From: an uncultured Bacilli bacterium
GTDB taxonomy: Bacteria; Bacillota_I; Bacilli_A; RF39; UBA660
Reading direction: 5' to 3'
NCBI GenBank assembly: GCA_947627975.1
Contig: CANQYB010000004.1
Span: forward strand, 1 to 53,196
DNA: 53,196 bases
Under the pieces are notes generated by a model, which ran no database searches, had not been told where the DNA came from, and saw nothing but the letters and a program-made list of their open reading frames with translations. The position numbers and the translations under genes were made by a program. Positions 8,145 through 17,698 of the stretch are shown here, one piece after another (the first letter of the stretch is position 1; every line of letters begins with the position of its first letter).

Positions 8145-10319
8145 CTAAGTATATAAAGGGTCTATATCAATTTCTATAAAAGTTTTTTTAATATTTAAGA
8201 ATATTAAATCTAATTTTTTTAAAACTATTTTTATTTTTTCTTCATCTTTATATTTTAAAAGAATTTGAAAACGATATAAATTATTAGTTTTAAAAAGGGC
8301 GGCTGGTGAAGGACCAAGAATTAATACATCTTTTAAGTTTTTATGTAAAAAAGAAGAAACTTTATTAGCATTATTTAATGCTTCATTATAATCTTTACTT
8401 TTAATTTTAATTAAAGTTAAATAATAATATGGTGGATATTTCAAAGCTTTTCTTATTTTCATTTCTTCTTTAAAAAAATTAATATAATTATGATTAATAA
8501 TATTTTTAATAGCATAATTATCTTTATTATAAGTTTGAATAATTACTTCTCCTAACTTATTTTTTCTTCCAGCTCGTCCACTTGCTTGTAATAATTGAGA
8601 AAATGTTCTTTCACTACTTCTAAAATCTGGAATATTTAAAGAAGTATCAGCATTAATAACACCTACTAAAGTTACTAAGGGAAAATCAAAGCCCTTGGTA
8701 ATCATTTGAGTCCCCAGTAAAATATCATATTTATGATTAGCAAAATCATCAATAATATTTTTTATTGAATTCTTTTTCCTTGTTGTATCAATATCCATTC
8801 TAACAACTTTAGCACCTTTAAATTTATTTTTTATTTCTAATTCCAACTTTTCCGTACCAAGGCCTAAGTAAGAAAGAGATTTTTCACGACAATTAGGACA
8901 TAACTCATCAATCTTTTTTGAATATTCACAATAGTGACATTTTAACAAATTACCATCTTTATGATATGTCAAAGTTATATCACAATTTGGACATTTATAT
9001 GTATATCCACAATTTTGACAAGTTATAAAAGTAGAATATCCTCTTCTATTAAGCAATAATATTACTTGTTCATTTTTTTCTAGTTTTTCCTTAATTTTTG
9101 TTTGTAAAATATTACTAAAAATTATATTTTTCTTTTTGGCTTCTTCACTCATATCAACAATTTCAATCTTTGGTAAAATTGAAAATCCAACTCTATTTTT
9201 TAAAGTTAATAATTTATATACACCTTTATAAGCTCGAGAAGCAGATTCTAAAGAAGGAGTTGCAGATCCTAATAAAAGTGGAATATTATTATATTTACAT
9301 CTAAATTTGGCAATATCTTTAGCATTATATCTTGGATTAGTATCTTGTTTATAATTTTCTGAATGTTCCTCATCTATAATAATAATTCCTAAATTTTTAA
9401 GGGGTGAAAAAACTGCACTTCTAGTCCCTACAACAACTTTAACCTCATCACGCAATATTTTTTGATATTCATTATATTTTTCACTACTGGAAAGTCCACT
9501 ATGTAAAACTGCTACATTATTACCAAAAAAATTATAACATCTTTCTAATATTTGAGTGGTTAGACTAATTTCTGGAATAAGTAAAATAGCACTTTTATTA
9601 TTTTTTATAACCTCATTTATCAATTTAAAGTAAATTTCAGTTTTGCCACTACCAGTTATGCCATGTAACAAAAATACATTAAAATTATTTAAACTTAGTT
9701 TAATTTCATTAAATACTTTTAATTGTTCATTAGTTAATAAAGTATTACTTTTTTTTACCTCATCTTTATTAATTCGATAAACTTCCTCTTTAACAACTGC
9801 AACTAAATTTTTTTTTATTAATGTAGTTAATGAACTAGATACTAATTTTTTATAACTTACTTTTTTTTCTTTTAATAATAAATTCAAAATATCAATTTGT
9901 TTTTTAAATTTAGTATTATTTATATAATTAATAATTTCATTTTCTGATTTTTTTAATATAATATATTTTTCGTATTTTGTATAATCGTGATTTTTATCGA
10001 TTTTAAAAGTTGAAGGAAGCATAGTTTGAAAAGCTGTTACTAATGAACATAAAGTTTTATTTTTTAAATATATACCTAAATCTTGTAATTCTTTATTTAA
10101 TACTAACTCTGGATTAATAATATCTATAATATTTTTTATATTATCTAAATTACAATTATCTTTAATTTTTAATACAAAACCATTTATAGTATTTTTTCCA
10201 AAAGGAACTTTTACTTTCATCCCAGTCTTTAAAGATTTTTTTAAAAAATCTGGTATTTTATAAGTAAAAGTTTTATCTAATTTTTTACTATTATATTCAA
10301 TAATTACATCAGCAAACAT
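8145..10319 (-). CDS. priA: Primosomal replication restart helicase PriA
   Basis: 724 aa with Walker A GITGSGKT, IIIDEEH, and a Cys-rich zinc region CQNCGY..CPNCD..CHYC..CPNCR. Confidence 0.95.
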   Translation of the reverse strand: MFADVIIEYNSKKLDKTFTYKIPDFLKKSLKTGMKVKVPFGKNTINGFVLKIKDNCNLDNIKNIIDIINPELVLNKELQDLGIYLKNKTLCSLVTAFQTMLPSTFKIDKNHDYTKYEKYIILKKSENEIINYINNTKFKKQIDILNLLLKEKKVSYKKLVSSSLTTLIKKNLVAVVKEEVYRINKDEVKKSNTLLTNEQLKVFNEIKLSLNNFNVFLLHGITGSGKTEIYFKLINEVIKNNKSAILLIPEISLTTQILERCYNFFGNNVAVLHSGLSSSEKYNEYQKILRDEVKVVVGTRSAVFSPLKNLGIIIIDEEHSENYKQDTNPRYNAKDIAKFRCKYNNIPLLLGSATPSLESASRAYKGVYKLLTLKNRVGFSILPKIEIVDMSEEAKKKNIIFSNILQTKIKEKLEKNEQVILLLNRRGYSTFITCQNCGYTYKCPNCDITLTYHKDGNLLKCHYCEYSKKIDELCPNCREKSLSYLGLGTEKLELEIKNKFKGAKVVRMDIDTTRKKNSIKNIIDDFANHKYDILLGTQMITKGFDFPLVTLVGVINADTSLNIPDFRSSERTFSQLLQASGRAGRKNKLGEVIIQTYNKDNYAIKNIINHNYINFFKEEMKIRKALKYPPYYYLTLIKIKSKDYNEALNNANKVSSFLHKNLKDVLILGPSPAALFKTNNLYRFQILLKYKDEEKIKIVLKKLDLIFLNIKKTFIEIDIDPLYT

Positions 10320-10339
10320 ATAAAATCCTTTCTAAAAAT

Positions 10340-10367
10340 ATTATAACACTTATCAGGTATTTAGTAA
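10340..10367 (-). promoter_or_regulatory. Candidate priA operon promoter (extended -10)
   Basis: TTACTA (10362-10367) - 16 nt - TGT-TATAAT (10340-10345). Confidence 0.4.
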
Positions 10368-10395
10368 ATTTGACATGAAAATTAATCATCTAATT

Positions 10396-10432
10396 CTAAA
10401 ATAAAAATAAATCATAAAATTATGATTTATTT
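10396..10432 (-). terminator. Rho-independent terminator after rluB
   Basis: A 12-bp perfect stem (10421-10432 pairs with 10405-10416), a 4-nt loop containing part of the rluB stop codon, and a U-rich tail. Confidence 0.55.
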
Positions 10433-11139
10433 AAATGATAAAATTGTTCAACCTCATATTTAGAAAGTTTTCTATATTCTCCTGATTTTAAATTTTCTAA
10501 AGTTAAAAAACCATATTTTACTCTTTTTAATTTTAATACATCATATCCCAAACTTTTAAATATATTTTTAACTATATGGTTTCTACCTTCAAAAATAGTT
10601 ATTTCTACCATTGATGTATTTTTAAGTTCATCTTTTTTTCTTATTTTTAATTTCTTTATATTTACTTTTTTATTATTTATTACTATACCTTTTTTTAATA
10701 AATAATAATCATCTATATTAAATATTTTGTTAAGTTTTGCAACATATGTTTTTTCTATCAAATTTTTAGGATGCATCAAAAGATTAGCAAAAGTTCCATC
10801 ATTAGTTAATAATATTAAACCTGTAGTATCATAATCAAGTCTACCTATCGGATAAATTCTTTCATTAGTATTAATTAAATCAACAACCGTTTTTCTATTT
10901 TGCGGATCTTGTACTGAGGAAATTACATTACGAGGTTTATTTAATAAAAAATATAATTTTGGTCTAGCAAATAAATTTTTTCCATTCACATTTATGATAT
11001 CATTTAAATTCACTCTTGTACCTATTTTATCAACTTTTATACCATTAACTTTCACTTTACCAAGTTGAATCAATTCTTCAGCCTTTCTTCTAGAACAATA
11101 ACCTAAATTTGCAATTCTTTTTTGCAATTTTTCATCCAT
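10420..11139 (-). CDS. rluB: 23S rRNA pseudouridine synthase (RluB/RsuA family)
   Basis: The start is set at MDEKLQKRIANLGYCSRRKAEELI (S4 domain), preceded by GGTGAT-N4-ATG. The ORF-track start 11190 would overlap spmB. Catalytic motif: GRLDYDTTGLILLTNDG. Confidence 0.9.
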   Translation of the reverse strand: MDEKLQKRIANLGYCSRRKAEELIQLGKVKVNGIKVDKIGTRVNLNDIINVNGKNLFARPKLYFLLNKPRNVISSVQDPQNRKTVVDLINTNERIYPIGRLDYDTTGLILLTNDGTFANLLMHPKNLIEKTYVAKLNKIFNIDDYYLLKKGIVINNKKVNIKKLKIRKKDELKNTSMVEITIFEGRNHIVKNIFKSLGYDVLKLKRVKYGFLTLENLKSGEYRKLSKYEVEQFYHLNKS

Positions 11140-11161
11140 ATTAATCACCAAATTAATTTTA

Positions 11162-11680
11162 TCAAGAAAATAAAAGATAAACAATAACAAAGGAAAATAT
11201 TATGCCAATTATGTCAGCAAATAATCCCGCTTTTAAAGCATATCGTATTTTTTTTATTCCCACACTTCCAAAATATAATGATAATATATATATAGTAGTA
11301 TCTGTTGATCCTTGAATTGTTGATGCTAGTAGTGATGTAAAATTATCAGGATTAACTGCCAAAATATTATTTAACACAACTAGTGATCCATTTCCAGAAA
11401 TAGGTCTTAAAAAAATTAATGGAAAAATAGATGATGAGATATTTAAGTTATTTAATAATGGCTCAATTGGTCTAAATATAAAGCTTAAAAAATTACTTTT
11501 AGTAAAAATATTAACAGCAAATACCATGCTTACTATGTATGGAAAAATATTAAATGTTGTAACAAGACCTTCTTTAGCTCCTTTTATAAAAGAATTATAT
11601 ATATCTATTTTTTTTAAAGAACCATAAACTATTATAAACAATACAATTACTGGTAATATAACTATCGATACTATTTTCAT
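11162..11680 (-). CDS. spmB: Spore maturation protein B-like (nucleoside-recognition/Gate domain membrane protein)
   Basis: 172-aa polytopic membrane protein with a 4-nt overlap with spmA. The order dacB-spmA-spmB matches B. subtilis. Confidence 0.75.
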   Translation of the reverse strand: MKIVSIVILPVIVLFIIVYGSLKKIDIYNSFIKGAKEGLVTTFNIFPYIVSMVFAVNIFTKSNFLSFIFRPIEPLLNNLNISSSIFPLIFLRPISGNGSLVVLNNILAVNPDNFTSLLASTIQGSTDTTIYILSLYFGSVGIKKIRYALKAGLFADIIGIIFSFVIVYLLFS

Positions 11681-12255
11681 TTATTTCTCCTTCTTTTAAA
11701 ATAATCATATAAAAGACCACCAATAGTTGCTATTGTTGTTGCAAGAAAAGCCGAAGGTATAATTATATAGGGATTATTACTTTTATGAAGTAATCTAAGG
11801 GATATAACAGTTGTAGGAATTAAAGTCACACCTGATGTATTTATAACTAAAAAAGTTATCATAGCATCACTTGCTACATCTTTTTTTTTATTTAATTCTT
11901 GAAGTGATTTCATAGCTTTTAAACCTAAAGGTGTAGCAGCTGATCCAAGTCCTAACATATTAACAGCAATATTAGATGCAATAAGCCCAAGAGATTTATG
12001 TCCTTTGGGAATTGTAGGAAATAAAAGTCTTAAGGGTTTAGAAATAAGTTTGGATATCTTATCTAATAATTTTGAATCATCAGCAATTTGCATAAGGCCC
12101 ATCCAAATTACTAAAACTGGCATTATTTCCAGTATCATATTCAATGCTTTTTTAGAAGAATTAAATATTTCATTATTTATTACTTCAACATTTCCAGATA
12201 TCATTCCATAAACAATACCAATAATTATTAAAATTGCAAAAATTATACTTATCAT
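11677..12255 (-). CDS. spmA: Spore maturation protein A-like (nucleoside-recognition domain membrane protein)
   Basis: 192-aa polytopic membrane protein located 12 nt downstream of the dacB-like gene. Confidence 0.75.
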   Translation of the reverse strand: MISIIFAILIIIGIVYGMISGNVEVINNEIFNSSKKALNMILEIMPVLVIWMGLMQIADDSKLLDKISKLISKPLRLLFPTIPKGHKSLGLIASNIAVNMLGLGSAATPLGLKAMKSLQELNKKKDVASDAMITFLVINTSGVTLIPTTVISLRLLHKSNNPYIIIPSAFLATTIATIGGLLYDYFKRRRNK

Positions 12256-12267
12256 ATTAAAATTATA

Positions 12268-13278
12268 TTATTTATGTTTAGCAAATATTTCAACATTATC
12301 AATTTTAACATCATTTAAATAAATACTAATTAAACCAATTACACTATTTTCTTTAGGATTTTTATTTTTATTTATTTTTATATTAGTTTTAATTTTATCA
12401 TTTTGCTTAATTAATATTTTATAATCTTTTTTTATATATAATTTATAATTTTTAGCATATTTTGATTTTACATTAAATTTATCTTTATCTAATATTTTTT
12501 TAACTATAGTATTATTAAAATTTTTTTCATATAAATTTTTATGAAAATTAAAATCATCAGCATAATTTAAAGTAACTATTATTAATTTTTTATTATCTTT
12601 TTTGGCCGATGTTACTAATGTACGACGAGCTTTTTTGGTAAATCCAGTTTTTCCTCCAGTAGTATATTTATAATCAAATAATAATCTATTTTTATTTTTC
12701 CATGTATATGATTTAAAATTTGTTTTTAAACTATAGTATTTTGTAGATACAATTTTTTGAAAAGTTTTATTTTTCATTGCATATTGCATTAATAAAGCCA
12801 TATCATATGCTGTTGATGTATTCCCAAGTCCATTTTGTTCTTCTAATCCATGAGGATTATAAAAAAAAGTATTATCCATTCCAATTTTTTTTGCTTTTTT
12901 ATTCATTAATTTAACAAAACTTTTTTCATCTTTTGCAACACCATTAGCAATAGCTAAAGAAGCATCATTTCCACTTCTTAACATTAAACCATAAATTAAA
13001 TCTATTAATTTTATTTTTTCATTTATTTCAATGTAAATATTAGAACCATATGCTTTTAAAATTTTATCATTAACTTTAATAGTTTTTTGGATATTTGCAT
13101 TTTCAATTGCAATAATTGCAGTCATAATTTTAGTAGTAGAGGCAATTAACATTTTTTCATTTTGATTATTTCCTTCTAGTACTCTTTTAGAATCACTATC
13201 CATAACAATATAACTAGAAGTAGCAAAAACTTTTAATGGAAGTGTAAAAAGAATTAAAAAAATAAAAATTTTTTTCAT
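12268..13278 (-). CDS. dacB: D-alanyl-D-alanine carboxypeptidase (S11, DacB-like)
   Basis: Signal peptide present. Motifs: SxxK (ASTTKIMT), SxN (RSGNDAS), KTG (GKTGFT). AGGTGA SD before the ATG at 13278; the ORF-track start is a TTG at 13281. Confidence 0.85.
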   Translation of the reverse strand: MKKIFIFLILFTLPLKVFATSSYIVMDSDSKRVLEGNNQNEKMLIASTTKIMTAIIAIENANIQKTIKVNDKILKAYGSNIYIEINEKIKLIDLIYGLMLRSGNDASLAIANGVAKDEKSFVKLMNKKAKKIGMDNTFFYNPHGLEEQNGLGNTSTAYDMALLMQYAMKNKTFQKIVSTKYYSLKTNFKSYTWKNKNRLLFDYKYTTGGKTGFTKKARRTLVTSAKKDNKKLIIVTLNYADDFNFHKNLYEKNFNNTIVKKILDKDKFNVKSKYAKNYKLYIKKDYKILIKQNDKIKTNIKINKNKNPKENSVIGLISIYLNDVKIDNVEIFAKHK

Positions 13279-13303
13279 CAATCTTCACCTAGATAAATAT
13301 ATG

Positions 13304-13332
13304 AAAAAAAGTAGATAATCATGTTATCTACT
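13304..13332 (-). terminator. Rho-independent terminator upstream of dacB
   Basis: Minus strand AGTAGATAA-CATGA-TTATCTACT (13310-13332) followed by U7. Confidence 0.6.
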
Positions 13333-13345
13333 TTGACATTTTAAT

Positions 13346-13447
13346 TTAAATAATTATTAATTTTTTCTCTGAAAAAGAAATAATAAAAACATCGTCATCT
13401 CCACAAAATAGTATATTTTTTATTTTTTTTACAACTTCTTCTAACAT
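13346..13447 (-). CDS. Possible 33-aa small ORF
   Basis: Not in the ORF track. AGAGGAAG SD, 5 nt, then ATG at 13447. Translation: MLEEVVKKIKNILFCGDDDVFIISFSEKKLIII. It ends 14 nt before the terminator hairpin. Confidence 0.25.
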   Translation of the reverse strand: MLEEVVKKIKNILFCGDDDVFIISFSEKKLIII

Positions 13448-13490
13448 AATTACTTCCTCTCATTTCTTAAAATTTATATTAACACATATA

Positions 13491-15491
13491 TTAATTGATG
13501 TCAAAATATTTTTTATATAAATATTTATATAATTTTTTATTAAATTTAAAAAGGAATAATTGCAATTTTTTCTTAATGCTATATGTACTTAAAAATATAT
13601 TTAAAATATTTCCTTTGTAAAGTTTTTTAGTTTCATTTAACAATTTATAATCATAATTATTAGATCTAATCATTATATTGTAAATTGACACATATTCATT
13701 TATTTTATAAACAATGAATTTATTATAATTTAAATAATTATTTTTAGAAATTTTGGAAATAATTTTTATTTTATCTTTTACATCTTTTAGTGTTATATTT
13801 TTAGTTAATGAATTATTATGAAAAATATGATGATAATATGATTTAGTAGTAAATACAATTTTTAAATTATTCTTAAGTAATCTATAAACTAAATCTAAGT
13901 CTTCACCAATTTTTAAATTATTAAATTTTAAATTATTTAAACTTTTTTTAGATATTAATTTATTCCATATTACAAATCCAATACCTATTTTATCACTAAA
14001 TAGAAAGTTTAATGCTTCTTTAGAATTGTATAAAAAAATCTTATTCTTTTTTTGGTTATTAAAATTACATACAGAAATATCAGCGTTATATATTTTTATA
14101 TTATTATATAAAGTTTCAATCATATTTTTATCTATATAATCATCACTATCAATAAAAATAATATAAGAGCCAGTTGCTTTTTCTAATCCAAAATTTCTTA
14201 CTTTTGATATGTTTGTATGCTTATGGTTATATACTTTAATTCTTTTATCACATTTTTTATAATTATTTATTATTTCATAGGAATTATCTTTACTATCATC
14301 ATCAATTAGTATTATTTCTAAATTTTTATATGTTTGGTTAATAATAGAATTTAAACATCTATTTAAATATTTTTCTGAATTATAAATAGGAACAATAACT
14401 GATATTTTTTTATTAGCAAAAAAATCTAAATATTTATTTTCTAATTTTTTAGCTTCCTTTTTAATATCATAATAATTATTAATTATATCAGATGATAAAA
14501 TAACATTATAATCTAAAATTATTTTTTGTAACCACAAATTTTCATCTAAGTCTAAATAAGAAATTAAATTAGATAACTTTGTTTCTCTACTTATATTAGA
14601 AGATGCAATTGTTTTTAATCCAGATAATTGGGCTTCAATTAACACAAGAGGAAATCCTTCATAATATGAAGGAAGTAAAAACAAATCAAAAGCATTATAA
14701 TAATCACTAACATCATTTTGACAATTCAAAAATATAACTTTATCTTCTATTTTATTTATTTTTGTAAGTCTTTTTATTTTATTTAATTTTGGTCCCTCAC
14801 CTATTAGTATTAAAATACTATTACTTTTTACTTTTAATAATTTTTTAAAAACGTTAATTAAAAATACATGATTTTTTTGTTTTGTATATCTTCCTATGTT
14901 TCCTACTACAAAAGTATCGTCACTTATTTTTAATTTTTTTCGAATTTTAATTCTTTTATTTTTATTAAAAATAAATTTATTTATATCAATTGCATTATTT
15001 ATTATTTCATAATTATCATTTCCAAATAAAAAATTTCCTGATGTTTTGGAACAAGCATAATAAACATTTGCATATTTAGTAGAATATTTTTTTAAAATAT
15101 TATTTATTATATTTTTAATTATTAATTTTTTTGAGGAAGTTGAATGGGAATGAGCTATGCGAATATTAATATTACATTTCTTAGCAATTTTTAAGGGTAG
15201 AACACTTAAAGTATTAAGATGACTATGAGCAATATCATATTTATTTTTCCTAAAAATTTTTTCCATTGTTTTTTTATACTTTATATATTTATAAATTGGA
15301 GGAACTAAATAAATATTTCCTCCCCATTTTTTTATTAAATCATAAGGTATATTATTAGATTTTTCATTACATATAAAATCAAATGTTATTTTACTTTTAC
15401 TAATATTTTTACAATAATTAAGTACTATTTTTTCAATTCCACCGTAATTCATTTTATTTAATATTTGAACTATTTTAATTTTATTTGCCAT
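13491..15491 (-). CDS. Bifunctional glycosyltransferase: N-terminal GT4 (GT-B) fused to C-terminal GT2 (GT-A)
   Basis: 666 aa. The GT4 part has YYEGFPLVLIEAQLSG (the E-x7-E region). The GT2 part has ISVIVPIYNSEKYLNRCLNSIINQTY..IILIDDDSKD..FIDSDDY. It has its own extended -10 (TGATATAAT, 15511-15519) and an AAGAGG SD. Confidence 0.85.
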   Translation of the reverse strand: MANKIKIVQILNKMNYGGIEKIVLNYCKNISKSKITFDFICNEKSNNIPYDLIKKWGGNIYLVPPIYKYIKYKKTMEKIFRKNKYDIAHSHLNTLSVLPLKIAKKCNINIRIAHSHSTSSKKLIIKNIINNILKKYSTKYANVYYACSKTSGNFLFGNDNYEIINNAIDINKFIFNKNKRIKIRKKLKISDDTFVVGNIGRYTKQKNHVFLINVFKKLLKVKSNSILILIGEGPKLNKIKRLTKINKIEDKVIFLNCQNDVSDYYNAFDLFLLPSYYEGFPLVLIEAQLSGLKTIASSNISRETKLSNLISYLDLDENLWLQKIILDYNVILSSDIINNYYDIKKEAKKLENKYLDFFANKKISVIVPIYNSEKYLNRCLNSIINQTYKNLEIILIDDDSKDNSYEIINNYKKCDKRIKVYNHKHTNISKVRNFGLEKATGSYIIFIDSDDYIDKNMIETLYNNIKIYNADISVCNFNNQKKNKIFLYNSKEALNFLFSDKIGIGFVIWNKLISKKSLNNLKFNNLKIGEDLDLVYRLLKNNLKIVFTTKSYYHHIFHNNSLTKNITLKDVKDKIKIISKISKNNYLNYNKFIVYKINEYVSIYNIMIRSNNYDYKLLNETKKLYKGNILNIFLSTYSIKKKLQLFLFKFNKKLYKYLYKKYFDIN

Positions 15492-15518
15492 AAAAACAAC
15501 CTCTTAAAATATTATATC

Positions 15519-15547
15519 AAAAAAAACAAAAGTAATAAAAACTTTTG
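15519..15547 (-). terminator. Rho-independent terminator after the MerR/ORF187 unit
   Basis: Minus strand CAAAAGT-N7-ACTTTTG (15527-15547) followed by U8. Confidence 0.55.
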
Positions 15548-15555
15548 CCAAATTA

Positions 15556-16119
15556 TTATTTTTTAATATTATTAATAATCAAAATTATAATATTTTCTAT
15601 TTTATGCATATTATGATTACTATAATTTACATTTAATTTTAATTTTGGAGATTTTAATATTTCATAATCAAAAGAAGATTTTTCAGTTAGTTTTTTTAAC
15701 GAACCTAAATCTACAAAAGGTTTTATTTGAGTTAATAAAATATTAATAATACTCATAAATACATTTTTATCATAATTTAATATATTACTTACCAATTTAT
15801 AACTTATTTCATCTTTACTAAATATTTTTTTTAATTGCTTAGAATCTAGTAAAATATCATAAATATTAACAAAAGTAGGTTCTATTTTATTATTAATAAA
15901 ATTGATAACAATACCAGTTAATAAATTAGTTGCATTAATATTCCAAAATTGATCTATACTTTCATCATTAAAAACTATAATTTTATTAATTTCAGAAAGT
16001 AATTTAATAGCCTCATCATTATCATTTTTATAGATACTTTTTATATAATCATAAAAATTAAATGTGTCGCTATTTTTATCTTGCAAATCAAAATTTAAAT
16101 TATATTTATTTACTTTCAT
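15556..16119 (-). CDS. Hypothetical 187-aa protein resembling an internal (all-alpha domain) fragment of a VirD4/TraG-type coupling protein; possible gene relic
   Basis: It is collinear, from memory, with the VirD4 stretch after Walker A: FW..A..LL.GI....(P)T...IYD.L ... S....L......D....K.LT..S.FD...L. It ends just before where Walker B would be. There is no Walker A or B and no SD. The start overlaps the merR stop by 14 nt. Confidence 0.4.
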   Translation of the reverse strand: MKVNKYNLNFDLQDKNSDTFNFYDYIKSIYKNDNDEAIKLLSEINKIIVFNDESIDQFWNINATNLLTGIVINFINNKIEPTFVNIYDILLDSKQLKKIFSKDEISYKLVSNILNYDKNVFMSIINILLTQIKPFVDLGSLKKLTEKSSFDYEILKSPKLKLNVNYSNHNMHKIENIIILIINNIKK

Positions 16120-16495
16120 ATTTTTTTCTTAATGATTTAGAATTAAAATTTAAGGATTTCTCTTTTTCTTCTATAAGACTTTTTTTTAAACGTTTAATTA
16201 TATTATATTGTTCAATTTCTCTTACAATTTTTCTTTTTTTCTCTTGCAATTTATTATCAAGTAAATCTATAGAATCATTATTTTTTAAAGTAATAATTTC
16301 TTGTAATGAAAAATCCATAGATATAAGTAATTTTATGAATTTTATTTCTTCTAAATTTTTATCAGAATAATAAACATAATCAGTAACATTATCATTTACT
16401 TCTGGAGTTAGTAAACAAATATTATTATAATATCTCAAAGTTCCAATAGTTAAATTAGTAATTTTTGAAAATTCCTCTAAATTGTATAATGACAT
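16106..16495 (-). CDS. MerR-family transcriptional regulator
   Basis: N-terminal HTH YNLEEFSKITNLTIGTLRYYNNICLLTPE, then YYSDKNLEEIKFIKLLISMDFSLQEI, then a coiled-coil C-terminus. Confidence 0.8.
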   Translation of the reverse strand: MSLYNLEEFSKITNLTIGTLRYYNNICLLTPEVNDNVTDYVYYSDKNLEEIKFIKLLISMDFSLQEIITLKNNDSIDLLDNKLQEKKRKIVREIEQYNIIKRLKKSLIEEKEKSLNFNSKSLRKKYESK

Positions 16496-16537
16496 AATAT
16501 CACCTATTTTCTAAACCAAATCTTCCTTTCTATATTG

Positions 16538-16567
16538 AGTATAACACTTAAATTATTTAAAAAGCAA
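16538..16567 (-). promoter_or_regulatory. Candidate merR promoter with a palindrome in the spacer
   Basis: TTGCTT (16562-16567) - 18 nt - TGT-TATACT (16538-16543). The spacer contains the palindrome TTAAAT-A-ATTTAA (16548-16560), a MerR-like operator layout, although AT-only palindromes are common here. Confidence 0.3.
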
Positions 16568-16603
16568 GTTCAATAAAATATTATAAAAAAAGAAATAAAA
16601 ATT

Positions 16604-17632
16604 TTATTTTTTATTATCTTCTTTTTGATTTTGATTATCTATTTCAAAATGTTTTCTTATTTCCGTTTCTATATTTTTACTAATTTCTGGATTTTGACGT
16701 AAATATTCCTTAACATTTTCTCTACCTTGACCAATTTTTTCTCCTTTATAGGCATACCAAGCACCAGATTTTTCTAAAATATTTGCTGATGCACCTAAAT
16801 CAACAATTTCACCTTCTTTAGAAATTCCTTTTCCATACATAATATCAACACTAGCTGTTTTAAAAGGAGGAGCTACTTTATTTTTTACAACTTTGATATT
16901 CGTCCTATTTCCAATAACTTGATCTCCAAGTTTAATTTGTTCGCCTCGTCTTATATCTAATCTAACTGATGAATAAAACTTTAATGCTCTTCCCCCTGGT
17001 GTTGTTTCAGGATTTCCAAATAAAACTCCTACTTTTTCTCTTAATTGATTAATAAATATACATGTAGTTTGTGTCTTATTTAAAGTTCCAGATAATTTTC
17101 TTAAAGCTTGCGACATTAGACGGGCTTGAAGTCCAACATGAGAATCTCCCATTTCTCCTTCAATTTCTGCTTGAGGAACAAGTGCTGCAACTGAATCAAT
17201 AACGATAATATTTACCGCTTCACTTCTAACTAATGCTTCACAAATTTCTAAAGCTTGTTCTCCAGTATCAGGTTGTGATAATAATAATTCATCAATATTA
17301 ACACCTAAGTTTTTACTATAAACAGGATCTAAAGCATGTTCAGCATCAATAAAAGCTGCTCTTCCTCCCATTTTTTGCACTTCAGCAATTGCATGTAAAG
17401 CAAAAGTTGTTTTCCCAGAAGATTCAGGACCATATATTTCAATTATTCTTCCCTTTGGATATCCACCAACACCCAAAGCAATATCTAAAGATAACGAACC
17501 ACTAGAAGTTGTTTCTACATTGATATGTTCCTTTCCTCCCAATTTCATAATTGCCCCTTTTCCAAATTGTTTTTCAATTTCAGATAATACTTGAGCAAGT
17601 GCTTTATCTTTATCTTTTATATCTTTAGTCAT
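16604..17632 (-). CDS. recA: Recombinase RecA
   Basis: 342 aa with Walker [19 protein letters not shown] and L2 loop motifs. AAGGAG SD. Confidence 0.98.
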   Translation of the reverse strand: MTKDIKDKDKALAQVLSEIEKQFGKGAIMKLGGKEHINVETTSSGSLSLDIALGVGGYPKGRIIEIYGPESSGKTTFALHAIAEVQKMGGRAAFIDAEHALDPVYSKNLGVNIDELLLSQPDTGEQALEICEALVRSEAVNIIVIDSVAALVPQAEIEGEMGDSHVGLQARLMSQALRKLSGTLNKTQTTCIFINQLREKVGVLFGNPETTPGGRALKFYSSVRLDIRRGEQIKLGDQVIGNRTNIKVVKNKVAPPFKTASVDIMYGKGISKEGEIVDLGASANILEKSGAWYAYKGEKIGQGRENVKEYLRQNPEISKNIETEIRKHFEIDNQNQKEDNKK

Positions 17633-17661
17633 TTTCTTTCTCCTTTATTTTTTACTTTTTT

Positions 17662-17690
17662 ATTGTAACTTAAAAAAAAGTGTTTGTCAA
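17662..17690 (-). promoter_or_regulatory. recA promoter
   Basis: TTGACA (17685-17690) - 17 nt - TACAAT (17662-17667) on the minus strand. Confidence 0.55.
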
Positions 17691-17695
17691 CACTT
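17672..17695 (-). terminator. Terminator after pgsA, overlapping the recA -35
   Basis: AAGTGTT-GACA-AACACTT (17678-17695) followed by a U-run. The loop and stem supply the recA TTGACA. Confidence 0.45.
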
Positions 17696-17698
17696 TTT

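Noticed and set aside
16548-16560. Numerous AT-only palindromes in intergenic regions, considered as specific operators.
   Set aside because: At this base composition such palindromes arise readily by chance. Only those positioned in a meaningful promoter context (the merR spacer and the recA upstream region) were kept, at low confidence.
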